Below, in pieces: positions 27,113-34,950 of a stretch of 41,892 nt of DNA (its first letter is position 1; every line of letters starts with the position of its first letter). The notes under the pieces were generated by a model that worked only from the letters and a program-made list of their open reading frames with translations, ran no database searches and was not told the origin of the DNA. Source of the DNA: an uncultured bacterium (GTDB lineage: Bacteria > Desulfobacterota > Binatia > HRBIN30); assembly GCA_937975525.1 (NCBI GenBank), contig CALJUJ010000685.1, positions 1 through 41,892 on the forward strand, written 5' to 3'. The position numbers were made by a program, and so were the translations under genes.

Positions 27113-28045
27113 ATGGCATCGGAGAAGCAGCCGGTCCTCCAGACGCCGATCGGGATTTGCAGCTATCCCAATCTGGTCGAGGCCCGGCAGGGGACGAACA
27201 AGGGATCGAAGCCGAAGTTCAGCACGGTCATCGCGTTCACGCCGGAACTGCTGAAGAAGCACAAGGACGCGAAGGCGAAGCTGAAGGCGCTCAAGCAGTC
27301 GGCGCTCGCGTGCGCGGAGTCGAAGTGGGGCACGAAGGCGCGGACGCTGATCGAGAGCGGCAAGCTCAACTGGCCGTTCCGCAGCATGGACGACGAGGAT
27401 CCGGACGACACGAACTACAGCTTCCCCGACGGCACCGAGTGGATCCAGCCGAGCACGGTGGGGCGCCCCGGCACCGTCGATCGCTACGAGGATCCGGACA
27501 ACCCCGGCAAGCCGGTGAAGATCGAGGTCGATGACCTGGAGGAGAAGATCTACGCCGGGTGCCACATCCGCGCGACGGTGCGGGCGTACTGGTACGACAA
27601 CCAGGGCAACAAGGGTGTCGCGTTCGCGCTCAACAACATCCAGAAGGTCGCCGAAGGTGAGCGGCTGGACGGGCGCAAGAAGGCGTCGGACGAGTTCGAG
27701 GCGCTGGAGGATGCCGACGACATGCCGGATGCCGATGACGAGGCGCCGCGTCGCCGGAAGAAGTCGCGTGCCGCCCCGCCGCCCGAGGACGACGAGGACG
27801 ACGAGGAGGACGTGCCGGTGCGCCGGAAGAAGTCGCGCAAGGTCGAGGAGGATGACGACCAGGACGACGGCGACGAGGACGAGGAGGACGAGCCGCCCGC
27901 GCGTCGCAAGAAGTCGCGCAAGGTCGAGGAGGATGACGACAGCGACGATGACGACGGCGACGAGGAGGACGATGAACCGGCGCCGCGCCGTCGCGGTCGC
28001 GCGAGCAAGAGCAAGAAGCGCACGTCGCTCGATGACGTGATGTAG
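27113..28045 (+). CDS. DUF2815-type ssDNA-binding-like protein with repeat polyampholyte tail
   Basis: The N-terminal roughly 190 aa (ICSYPNLVEARQG..., YWYDNQGNKGVAFALNNIQKV) fit the DUF2815 family that pairs with DUF2800. The C-terminal roughly 115 aa consist of RRKKSRK-plus-D/E repeats. Confidence 0.75.
   Translation: MASEKQPVLQTPIGICSYPNLVEARQGTNKGSKPKFSTVIAFTPELLKKHKDAKAKLKALKQSALACAESKWGTKARTLIESGKLNWPFRSMDDEDPDDTNYSFPDGTEWIQPSTVGRPGTVDRYEDPDNPGKPVKIEVDDLEEKIYAGCHIRATVRAYWYDNQGNKGVAFALNNIQKVAEGERLDGRKKASDEFEALEDADDMPDADDEAPRRRKKSRAAPPPEDDEDDEEDVPVRRKKSRKVEEDDDQDDGDEDEEDEPPARRKKSRKVEEDDDSDDDDGDEEDDEPAPRRRGRASKSKKRTSLDDVM
27752..27990 (+). repeat. in-frame tandem repeats (about 69-81 bp units, about 3 copies)
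   Basis: CGCCGGAAGAAGTCGCG at 27752 and 27821, and CGTCGCAAGAAGTCGCG at 27902. Copies 2 and 3 share the following CAAGGTCGAGGAGGATGACGAC; copy 1 diverges after AAGTCGCG. Each unit ends in GAC/GAG-rich sequence. Confidence 0.6.
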
Positions 28046-28257
28046 TGAAGCAAGCTCGGTGAAGGGTGCGCACCTTGAGCCGAGTGGGTTGGTCTGCGAG
28101 TCACCGTAACGGCCAGACGCGAACCTTGATCGTTGTTTCGGCAACCGCCCGTGGTCGGGGTCGGGGAAAAGACGGCAAATCCGGCGCGAAAGCGACGGCT
28201 CACGTTGACTCCGATTTGTACTCTCGACGCGACGGGCACACGGGGGGCGCCCGGATG

Positions 28258-28302
28258 GTGCGGATCGCTACCGCACGGGAGGTTCAAATCCTCCCCCCTC
28301 CA
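28258..28302 (+). other. tRNA-like double hairpin (T-arm/acceptor-like 3' fragment), not a complete tRNA
   Basis: Hairpin 1 is GTGCGG/ATCGCTA/CCGCAC (28258-28276). Hairpin 2 is GGAGG/TTCAAAT/CCTCC (28278-28294) with a canonical GTTCAAATC T-loop, followed by CCCCTCC-A. No D-arm or full 5' acceptor strand could be found. Confidence 0.3.
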
Positions 28303-28330
28303 CTCGCGGAAGACTGTTCTCGGGGAAGAC

Positions 28331-28735
28331 ATGACCACCTATCGCTCCAAGCTTGAGGAGCGCCTGGCTCCTCTCATGGAGTTGCTTGGCGCCGACTACG
28401 AACCCGTCGCGCTCTCGTACCCGGTGAAGCCCAAGAAGTACAAGCCCGACTTCGTGCTGCCGAACGGCATCGCGATCGAGGCCAAGGGCTATCTCAAGGG
28501 ACCGGAGCGCGTGAAGCTGCTGCTCGTCAAGCAGCACTACCCCGATCTCGATCTCCGGCTCATCCTCACGACGCCGCACCAGGCGATCGGGAAGCACTCG
28601 AACACGTCGTTCCGCCAGTGGTGCGAGCGGCACGGCTTCCCGTGGGCGGTGCATTGGGACAAAGACGTGTGGGCGCAGTGGTTCCTCGAACCGTTCAACG
28701 CGAAGAGCGCCGCCATTCTCGGGGTGTCGCGATGA
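28331..28735 (+). CDS. T7 endonuclease I-like Holliday junction resolvase
   Basis: YKPDFVLPNGIAIEAKG, HYPDLDLRLIL and FRQWCERHGFPWA align by eye to T7 gp3 (YTPDFLLPNGIFVETKG, HPELDIRIVF, FCEKHGIKFA). The catalytic D/E/K residues are present. Confidence 0.8.
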   Translation: MTTYRSKLEERLAPLMELLGADYEPVALSYPVKPKKYKPDFVLPNGIAIEAKGYLKGPERVKLLLVKQHYPDLDLRLILTTPHQAIGKHSNTSFRQWCERHGFPWAVHWDKDVWAQWFLEPFNAKSAAILGVSR

Positions 28736-30753
28736 GGTTCCTGTCGATCGACTTCGAGACGCGCAGCGTCGTCAACCTGAAGACCGAAGGTGTCTATCGC
28801 TACGCGTCGCATCCCTCGACGGGGATCTGGTGCATGGCGTGGGCGTTCGATGACGAGCCGGTGAAGGTGTGGCGGTGGGGCGAGGACATCCCGCAGCCGG
28901 TGCTCAAGGCGATGCACGATCCGGAAGTCATCTGGCGGGCGTGGAACGCGCAGTTCGAACGGCTGATCTTCGACCGCATCCTGCGGAAGTGGTATCACAC
29001 GCCGTCGATTCCGCTGGAGCGCTGGCTGTGCACGGCGGCGCAGGCTGCGCGACTCGGGTTGCCCCGTGGCCTGGAGGACGCCGCTGCGGCGCTCAAGCTC
29101 CCGGTGCAGAAGGACGCAGCCGGGTATCGCCTCATGCTCCAGATGGCGAAGCCCCGTCGCATCGAGCCAACGGGTGAGATCATCTGGTGGGACGATCATG
29201 ACCGCCGCATGCGGCTGTACGACTACTGCCGACAGGATGTGGTGGTGGAGCGAGCGGTTGGTGAACGCCTTCCGCCGACGGCGACGTGGAAGGAACGCGA
29301 AGTCTGGCTGTTCGATCAGCGTGTCAACGATCGCGGCGTGTTGCTCGATCGCCCGCTGGCGGCACAGTGCCTCAAGCTGACGAAGCAAGCCACGAATCGA
29401 ATCAGCCGGGAACTCCGGGCGCTCACCAACGGCGCGGTGCCGAAGGTCACGAACGTCGAGCGCCTGAAGGACTGGCTCGGGGACGACCAGGGCATGCTTG
29501 TCGGCTCGCTTGCCAAGGTGCCGATGAAGCGGATCCTCGCCCGCGAGGACATCGAGCCGGTGGTGCGCCAGGCACTCGAACTGCGCAAGGAGGGCGGCAA
29601 GTCCTCGACGCGGAAGTACCAGGCGATGCTCAACTGGCACACCGTCGAGAACGTGCTGCATGGCATGCTGCTCTACCACGCCGCCTCGACGGGCCGGTGG
29701 GCGGGCAAGGGACCACAGCCGCAAAACTTCGTGAAGGGCGAAGTGCCGGTGTCGGAAGAACTCGTCGCCGAACTCATGCGCGGCGATCTTGACCGGCTGG
29801 AGTTGTTCTACCCGAGCATCATGACGGCGCTCGCGTCGGGACTGCGGGCCTGCCTGCGCTCCCGGCCGGGGCACGTCTTCACGGCAGCGGACTACAACGC
29901 GATCGAGGCCCGCATGGTCGCGTGGCTCTTCGGCGCCGAGAAGCTGGTTAAGCTGTTCGCCGACGGCGGCAAGGTCTATGAGTCGATGGCCGAGACGATC
30001 TATGAGATCCCCGCCGACGACGTTGCCAAGGATTCGATCGAGCGCTTCGTCGCCAAGAACACCGTGCTCGGGTGTGGATTCCAGATGGGCGCCAAGACGT
30101 TCCGGCTACAGTTGCGCGACAAGTTCGGCGTCGATGTGAGCGAGGAGTTGGCCGAACGCGCGGTGAAGGCGTACCGGGGCGACTACTGGCAGATCCCCGA
30201 CGGGTGGAAGGGGATGAACAAGGCGGCGATCCGCGTGGTGCGCGAGCACATTACCGCGTGGTATCCTGTTCCGGAGACCGACGGCAAGATCCACTTCCGC
30301 ATGCACGGCGACTGGCTGCGGATGCGCCTGCCATCGGGGCGCTCGCTGTGGTACGCCGAAGCGAAGATCACGGAGCGGCTGGCGCCGTGGACGAAGAAGA
30401 CGACCGACAAGGACGGCAACGAAAGCGAGGAGCCGGTCTATGTCGATGCGGTGAGCTACATGGGCGTGCACCCGAAGCTGAAGAAGTGGACGCGCATGAC
30501 GCTGTACGGCGGGTGGCTCACCGAGAACGCGGTGCAGGGCATGGCGCGGGATCTCCTGGTCGAAGGGATGTTCCGCGTCGAGGCGGCAGGCTACCCGATC
30601 GTGCTGACGGTGCACGACGAGATGGTGAGCGAACACCCCGAAGGGTTCGGGAGCGTCGAGCATTTCATCGCCGAGATGACGACGCTGCCCGAGTGGGCGC
30701 GGGGCTGTCCGGTCGCCGCTGAAGGCTGGCGCGACACACGCTACCGGAAGTGA
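28732..30753 (+). CDS. family A DNA polymerase with 3'-5' exonuclease domain
   Basis: 673 aa from ATG 28732 (ATGA overlap). Exo I SIDFETRS, motif A ADYNAIEARMVAW, motif B RFVAKNTVLGCGFQMG and motif C LTVHDEMV. Confidence 0.92.
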   Translation: MRFLSIDFETRSVVNLKTEGVYRYASHPSTGIWCMAWAFDDEPVKVWRWGEDIPQPVLKAMHDPEVIWRAWNAQFERLIFDRILRKWYHTPSIPLERWLCTAAQAARLGLPRGLEDAAAALKLPVQKDAAGYRLMLQMAKPRRIEPTGEIIWWDDHDRRMRLYDYCRQDVVVERAVGERLPPTATWKEREVWLFDQRVNDRGVLLDRPLAAQCLKLTKQATNRISRELRALTNGAVPKVTNVERLKDWLGDDQGMLVGSLAKVPMKRILAREDIEPVVRQALELRKEGGKSSTRKYQAMLNWHTVENVLHGMLLYHAASTGRWAGKGPQPQNFVKGEVPVSEELVAELMRGDLDRLELFYPSIMTALASGLRACLRSRPGHVFTAADYNAIEARMVAWLFGAEKLVKLFADGGKVYESMAETIYEIPADDVAKDSIERFVAKNTVLGCGFQMGAKTFRLQLRDKFGVDVSEELAERAVKAYRGDYWQIPDGWKGMNKAAIRVVREHITAWYPVPETDGKIHFRMHGDWLRMRLPSGRSLWYAEAKITERLAPWTKKTTDKDGNESEEPVYVDAVSYMGVHPKLKKWTRMTLYGGWLTENAVQGMARDLLVEGMFRVEAAGYPIVLTVHDEMVSEHPEGFGSVEHFIAEMTTLPEWARGCPVAAEGWRDTRYRK

Positions 30754-30789
30754 CACACTGACTGCGCTCTCGCGGGCGCAGAGGATGAC

Positions 30790-33240
30790 ATGAGCTACGT
30801 CGAATGGTGGGATGCCGGGTTCCACGATGTGATCGGGGTCACGCCGCCTGGCGTCGAGATCTCGCCACGGTCGAAGCTGCGGCCACAGGATCTCGGGAAG
30901 GTGCCCGGCCAGCGCAACGCCGAGGGCACCTGGGGCGGGTATGACTGGCTCCGGTTCGAGACCAACCGGAGGCATTGTGCACGCTGGCACAAGACCGGGG
31001 CCAACCTTGGCCTGCGGGCCGAGCACTACCCCGCCGTGGACATCGACGTGCTCGATCGCGCCACGGTCAAGACATTGTGCAAGCTGGCATATTCAACGCT
31101 CGGGTGGGCGCCCCGCCGCACCGGGCGTCGGCCGAAGGCCCTGCTGCTCTACCGGACGGTCGAACCCTTCACCCGGCTCCGGCTCCATCTGGCTCGGGGC
31201 GAGGGGGAGGCGCTGGAGACCGGGCTGATCGAGATCTTGGGCTTCGGGCAGCAGTTCGTGGTCGAGGGGATCCATCCCGGCACCGGCCAGCCCTACGTGT
31301 GGAACCATGATCCGGTCGAGTACGGGCCGGAGGCCCTGACCCCGATCACCGTGGGCCAGGCCGACCAGTTCCTAGAGGATGCCGCTGCGGCCCTCCAGGC
31401 GACCGGCTGGCGTGTCGAGAGGGAGGGGACGGCCAAGGAGGCGGGTCGAAGGGAGATCGTCAGTCCTGCGCTACTCCAGGCCGATCTCGCCACGGTCAGG
31501 CAGGCCATGTCGGTGCTGCCGAACGACAACCAGGTCGCCCCGGCCCGGATGGACTACCTGCGGGTCGGGTATGCCCTCAAGGCGGCACTCCCCGAGCACC
31601 CCGACGAGGCATTTGCCCTGTGGTGGGATTGGTGCCAGCGGTGGGAGGGCAACGAGCGTGTGCAAGGAAACACACTCGACCAGGCCGAGTCGGATTGGGA
31701 CCGGATGGTCCCGCCCTTCACGATCGGGGCGCCCTACCTCTTCGATCTGGCCCGCGACTTCGGGTTCGATGATGCAGTCAACGAGTTCGCCGACGGCGCG
31801 ATCGTGCTCGAACCCCTGCCACCGCCCAAGCCGGTCGATCGCTCGGGAGCGCTCCCCTACACCGACGCCTGGCTCGCGTGGCGGATCCTCGATCAGCACG
31901 GCCACCGGATCCGGTACAGCGCCGGAGAGTGGTTGCTGTGGGATGGCGCTCGCTGGCGGCGCGATGAGACCGGCACGGTGCAGGCGTGGGCGGGGCGCAC
32001 GTTGCGTGCGGCCGGACGGGAAGCCCTCGACACGCTCAAAAAGAAGACCGATGCCGAGAACGCGGCGAAGCGCTGCGCGAGCGTGGCGGTGCTGCGCGAC
32101 GCGCTCAAGTACGCCTCGATCTCACCGATGGTCGCCGTCAGCCCGGAAGTCTTCGACGCGGATCCGTGGGCGCTCAACACCCCGGCCGGGATCCTCGATC
32201 TTCAGACGGGCCTCATGCACCCGAGCGACCCGGCGCGGATGATGACGCGGTGCACGCTCGTCGCGCCGGATCCCTCCATCGTGCCGCACCGCTGGCTGTC
32301 CTTCGTGCACGAGGCCGCAGGCGGAGATCTCGAACTGGTGGACTACCTACAGCGCCTCATGGGCTATGCGCTGACGGGATCGACGCGCGAGCACTGCCTG
32401 GCGTTCCTCTACGGCTCGGGCGGCAACGGCAAGGGGACGTTCCTCAACACGATGGTCAAGATCTTCGGCGGGTACGCGGAAGTCGCGGCGATGGACACGT
32501 TCGTCTCGTCGCGGTTCGATCGCCATCCCACCGAACTCGCAGCACTGGCAGGCGCCCGGCTGGTGACGGCCCAGGAGACGCAGGAAGGTCGCGCGTGGGA
32601 CGAGGCGAAGGTGAAGGCGGTCACGGGTGGCGATCCAATCAAGGCACGGTACATGCGCAAGGACTACTTCACCTTCCAGCCGCAGTTCAAGTTGCTCTTC
32701 GCCGGGAATCACCGGCCGCACGTCGCCAATCTCGATGACGCGATGCGGCGGCGCTTCCATCTCGTGCCGTTCACCGTCAAGCCCAAGGTGGTCGATCGTG
32801 GTCTCGATCTGGCGCTCGCCCAGGAGTTCGCCGGGATCCTCGCGTGGGCCGTCGAGGGCTGTCTGCGCTGGCAGCGCGAGGGCTTGTTCGCGCCGATGAA
32901 GGTGCAGCTTGCCACGCGGGAATATTTCTTGGATGAAGACCCGCTCGGGCGCTGGCTCAACGAGCAGACGATCCCGGCCGAGGACAGCGGGAGCGAGACG
33001 CGCGAGTTGTTCGCATCGTGGCGCATGTGGTGCGGCGATCGCAACGAGAAGGTCGGCACCGAGCGCTCCTTCAGCCAGGCGCTCGCGATGCGCGGCTATG
33101 AGCGCTGGCAGCACCCGAAGACCCGGCGTCATGGCTTCGCCGGTCTCGCCGTCAAGGACGGCACGTTCGAGGATGCACAGCAGGACTTCGACATCATCGC
33201 GCCGCCCAAGCGGAGCGGCAAGCCCGCCACCATGCACTAG
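30790..33240 (+). CDS. bifunctional primase-polymerase (PrimPol) / D5N / SF3 (P4-type) helicase
   Basis: PrimPol motifs AVDIDVLD and IEILGFGQQFVVEGIHPGTGQPYVW. D5_N-like DPWALNTPAGILDLQTG. Walker A LYGSGGNGKGTF and Walker B-like LVTAQE. Confidence 0.9.
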   Translation: MSYVEWWDAGFHDVIGVTPPGVEISPRSKLRPQDLGKVPGQRNAEGTWGGYDWLRFETNRRHCARWHKTGANLGLRAEHYPAVDIDVLDRATVKTLCKLAYSTLGWAPRRTGRRPKALLLYRTVEPFTRLRLHLARGEGEALETGLIEILGFGQQFVVEGIHPGTGQPYVWNHDPVEYGPEALTPITVGQADQFLEDAAAALQATGWRVEREGTAKEAGRREIVSPALLQADLATVRQAMSVLPNDNQVAPARMDYLRVGYALKAALPEHPDEAFALWWDWCQRWEGNERVQGNTLDQAESDWDRMVPPFTIGAPYLFDLARDFGFDDAVNEFADGAIVLEPLPPPKPVDRSGALPYTDAWLAWRILDQHGHRIRYSAGEWLLWDGARWRRDETGTVQAWAGRTLRAAGREALDTLKKKTDAENAAKRCASVAVLRDALKYASISPMVAVSPEVFDADPWALNTPAGILDLQTGLMHPSDPARMMTRCTLVAPDPSIVPHRWLSFVHEAAGGDLELVDYLQRLMGYALTGSTREHCLAFLYGSGGNGKGTFLNTMVKIFGGYAEVAAMDTFVSSRFDRHPTELAALAGARLVTAQETQEGRAWDEAKVKAVTGGDPIKARYMRKDYFTFQPQFKLLFAGNHRPHVANLDDAMRRRFHLVPFTVKPKVVDRGLDLALAQEFAGILAWAVEGCLRWQREGLFAPMKVQLATREYFLDEDPLGRWLNEQTIPAEDSGSETRELFASWRMWCGDRNEKVGTERSFSQALAMRGYERWQHPKTRRHGFAGLAVKDGTFEDAQQDFDIIAPPKRSGKPATMH

Positions 33241-33248
33241 GAGTTCCG

Positions 33249-34169
33249 ATGGCCGTTCAAGCCTGTGTCCTGCCCGGAGGGGGCGTGCTCGGCGCCCTCT
33301 CCGTCGGCGCACTGCTCAAGTATTTCGAGCGCTTCCCGCATCGCCGCTTCGACTACATCTCGGGGATCTCGACCGGCGCGTTGAGTGGCGGCGTGCTCGC
33401 GCAGGGGCGCACCGCCAACGCGCAGATGTTGCAGGTCGAGTTGCTGGAGGACGTGTACCGCTCGATCCGGTGGAACCGCCAGATCTACACGGGCGCGACC
33501 TTCCCGCCGATCCAGTTGCTCAACCTGGTGCTGCATGGCTCCTTCTACAATCCGAAGGGGCTGAAGCGGCTGATCGCCAAGCACATCGACCGGAACACGC
33601 TGTGTGAGGGCGTGCCGTTCTCGTGCGGCACCGCCGAGTGGGAGACTGGCGCTTACGTCGAGTGGCAGGGCTGTGACGACGACATTCTCACCGGGATCCT
33701 GGCGTCGGCCTCGATGCCGGGGTTCTTCCCGCTGGTGCGGTCGCGGCGGGGCGACTTCCACCACTGCGACGGCGGCGTGCGCAACGTGGCCCCGCTCAAG
33801 GCGGCAGTGAAGTGGCTCGCGGCACAGGAAGACCAAGAGAAGGAACTGTGGCTCTTCGCGACCGGCCCGCTTGGCGTGCGCCAGATGCCACGCAACACAA
33901 AGTCGAAGGGACTCAAGGTCATCTCGCGCTCGCTGGAGTTCCTGGTCAACCAGATCTACCGGCATGACCTCTCACTGCTGGCACAGCGGAACTTCCAACC
34001 CGGCTACTCCTTCATTCGTTGCAACATCGTCCTGCCGACGAAGCACTACGTCTCGGCACTCGACTTCGATCCGGATGTGATCGCCGAGATGCTGGAGGAC
34101 GGTTACAACCTGCCGGTGCACGCGATCACTGCCCCGGCCGATCTCCAGCGACTCGGGATCATCGACTGA
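33249..34169 (+). CDS. patatin-like phospholipase
   Basis: Oxyanion loop LPGGGVLGA, nucleophile elbow GISTG (GxSxG) and catalytic Asp motif CDGGV. AGGAG RBS. Last gene of the operon, followed by a strong terminator. Confidence 0.85.
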   Translation: MAVQACVLPGGGVLGALSVGALLKYFERFPHRRFDYISGISTGALSGGVLAQGRTANAQMLQVELLEDVYRSIRWNRQIYTGATFPPIQLLNLVLHGSFYNPKGLKRLIAKHIDRNTLCEGVPFSCGTAEWETGAYVEWQGCDDDILTGILASASMPGFFPLVRSRRGDFHHCDGGVRNVAPLKAAVKWLAAQEDQEKELWLFATGPLGVRQMPRNTKSKGLKVISRSLEFLVNQIYRHDLSLLAQRNFQPGYSFIRCNIVLPTKHYVSALDFDPDVIAEMLEDGYNLPVHAITAPADLQRLGIID

Positions 34170-34236
34170 TTGAGAACCTTCTCAAAGTTGCTCGAGCGCT
34201 AACGGGACACGGTTCTCAAGAGGATCCCGCCTAGCA

Positions 34237-34268
34237 AGAAGCCCCCGATCGAGTGATCGGGGGCTTCT
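34237..34268. terminator. bidirectional intrinsic terminator between convergent operons
   Basis: Perfect 14-bp stem AGAAGCCCCCGATC/GATCGGGGGCTTCT with loop GAGT. T-containing tails lie on both strands (TTCTGCGTT and TTCTTGCT). Confidence 0.8.
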
Positions 34269-34299
34269 GCGTTCCACCTACATCGCGCGAGGTTGACGC

Positions 34300-34950
34300 C
34301 TAGCTGTCGAACGCCTCGCGGGCCTGGTCTTCGGTCGTCTCGTCGTCGGGGAAGGCGTCATCGCCCGATGCCGGGGCGGCGTCCTCTCCCGAGTCGCCGT
34401 CGGCCTGCGGGTCGGCCGACCCGAGATCATCCCCCTCGACCGGCGCGGTGCCCGGCTGCTCGGCATCGGTCGGTCCCTCGCGCACCACCGCCGCGTCTTC
34501 GGAGATCTGATCGACCGCTCCGATGAGCGCGTTGCGGGTGGCCTGGAGGTTGGTGAGCGCCGACTGTGCACGGCTGACCACCGCTTCCAACTGCGCCTCG
34601 CTCGACCCGTGCTCGACCGCGAACTGGAGATCCGCGATCATCTGGCGCAACTGCGCCGTCTCGTTGGCGATCGACGTGCTCACGTCCTCGCGCAACTTGT
34701 TCGTCTCGAACACGACCTCATCGAGCTTTGCCAGCACTTCCTCCATCGTCCGCATGATCGTCGCCTGCCCTTCATGTGTGAGTGAGATGTGACCGAACAC
34801 CTTGCGAAACTGCTCCCCCAAGTACGTCGTGAGCGTGCCCCACCGCTCATCCTGCACCCGCTCGTCGGACTGCTGCCGGAGCAGCAGATCGTGGAGCGCG
34901 TCGTAGGCGAACTTATTCCGGCGTTGCCGCCGACGCCACCAACCAATCAT
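34300..34950 (-). CDS. coiled-coil protein with acidic disordered C-terminus
   Basis: 216 aa from ATG 34950 (ATGA overlap with the upstream gene). The track's 356-aa version extends into the better ORF 34947..35444. Basic N-terminus WWRRRQRRNK, a long helical core and a D/E/P/G-rich tail. Confidence 0.6.
   Translation of the reverse strand: MIGWWRRRQRRNKFAYDALHDLLLRQQSDERVQDERWGTLTTYLGEQFRKVFGHISLTHEGQATIMRTMEEVLAKLDEVVFETNKLREDVSTSIANETAQLRQMIADLQFAVEHGSSEAQLEAVVSRAQSALTNLQATRNALIGAVDQISEDAAVVREGPTDAEQPGTAPVEGDDLGSADPQADGDSGEDAAPASGDDAFPDDETTEDQAREAFDS

Noticed and set aside
27752-27990. A possible CRISPR-like or non-coding tandem repeat array.
   Set aside because: The repeats are in frame inside the DUF2815-like gene and encode the basic/acidic tail. 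There is no repeat-spacer structure anywhere in the window.
28242-28302. A complete tRNA gene, suggested by a perfect GGTTCAAATCC T-arm and a preceding 7-nt-loop hairpin that would give an anticodon-like CGC.
   Set aside because: There is no D-arm and only 2 nt between the putative anticodon stem and the T-stem. Position 37 would be a pyrimidine. Only a 6-bp partial 5' acceptor pairing is available. It is kept only as a tRNA-like fragment.
28046-28330. An attP site with a lysogeny module.
   Set aside because: No integrase, recombinase, excisionase or CI-type repressor ORF was found anywhere in the window, and the flanking genes are replication genes. The attP idea is kept only as a low-probability alternative in the finding.
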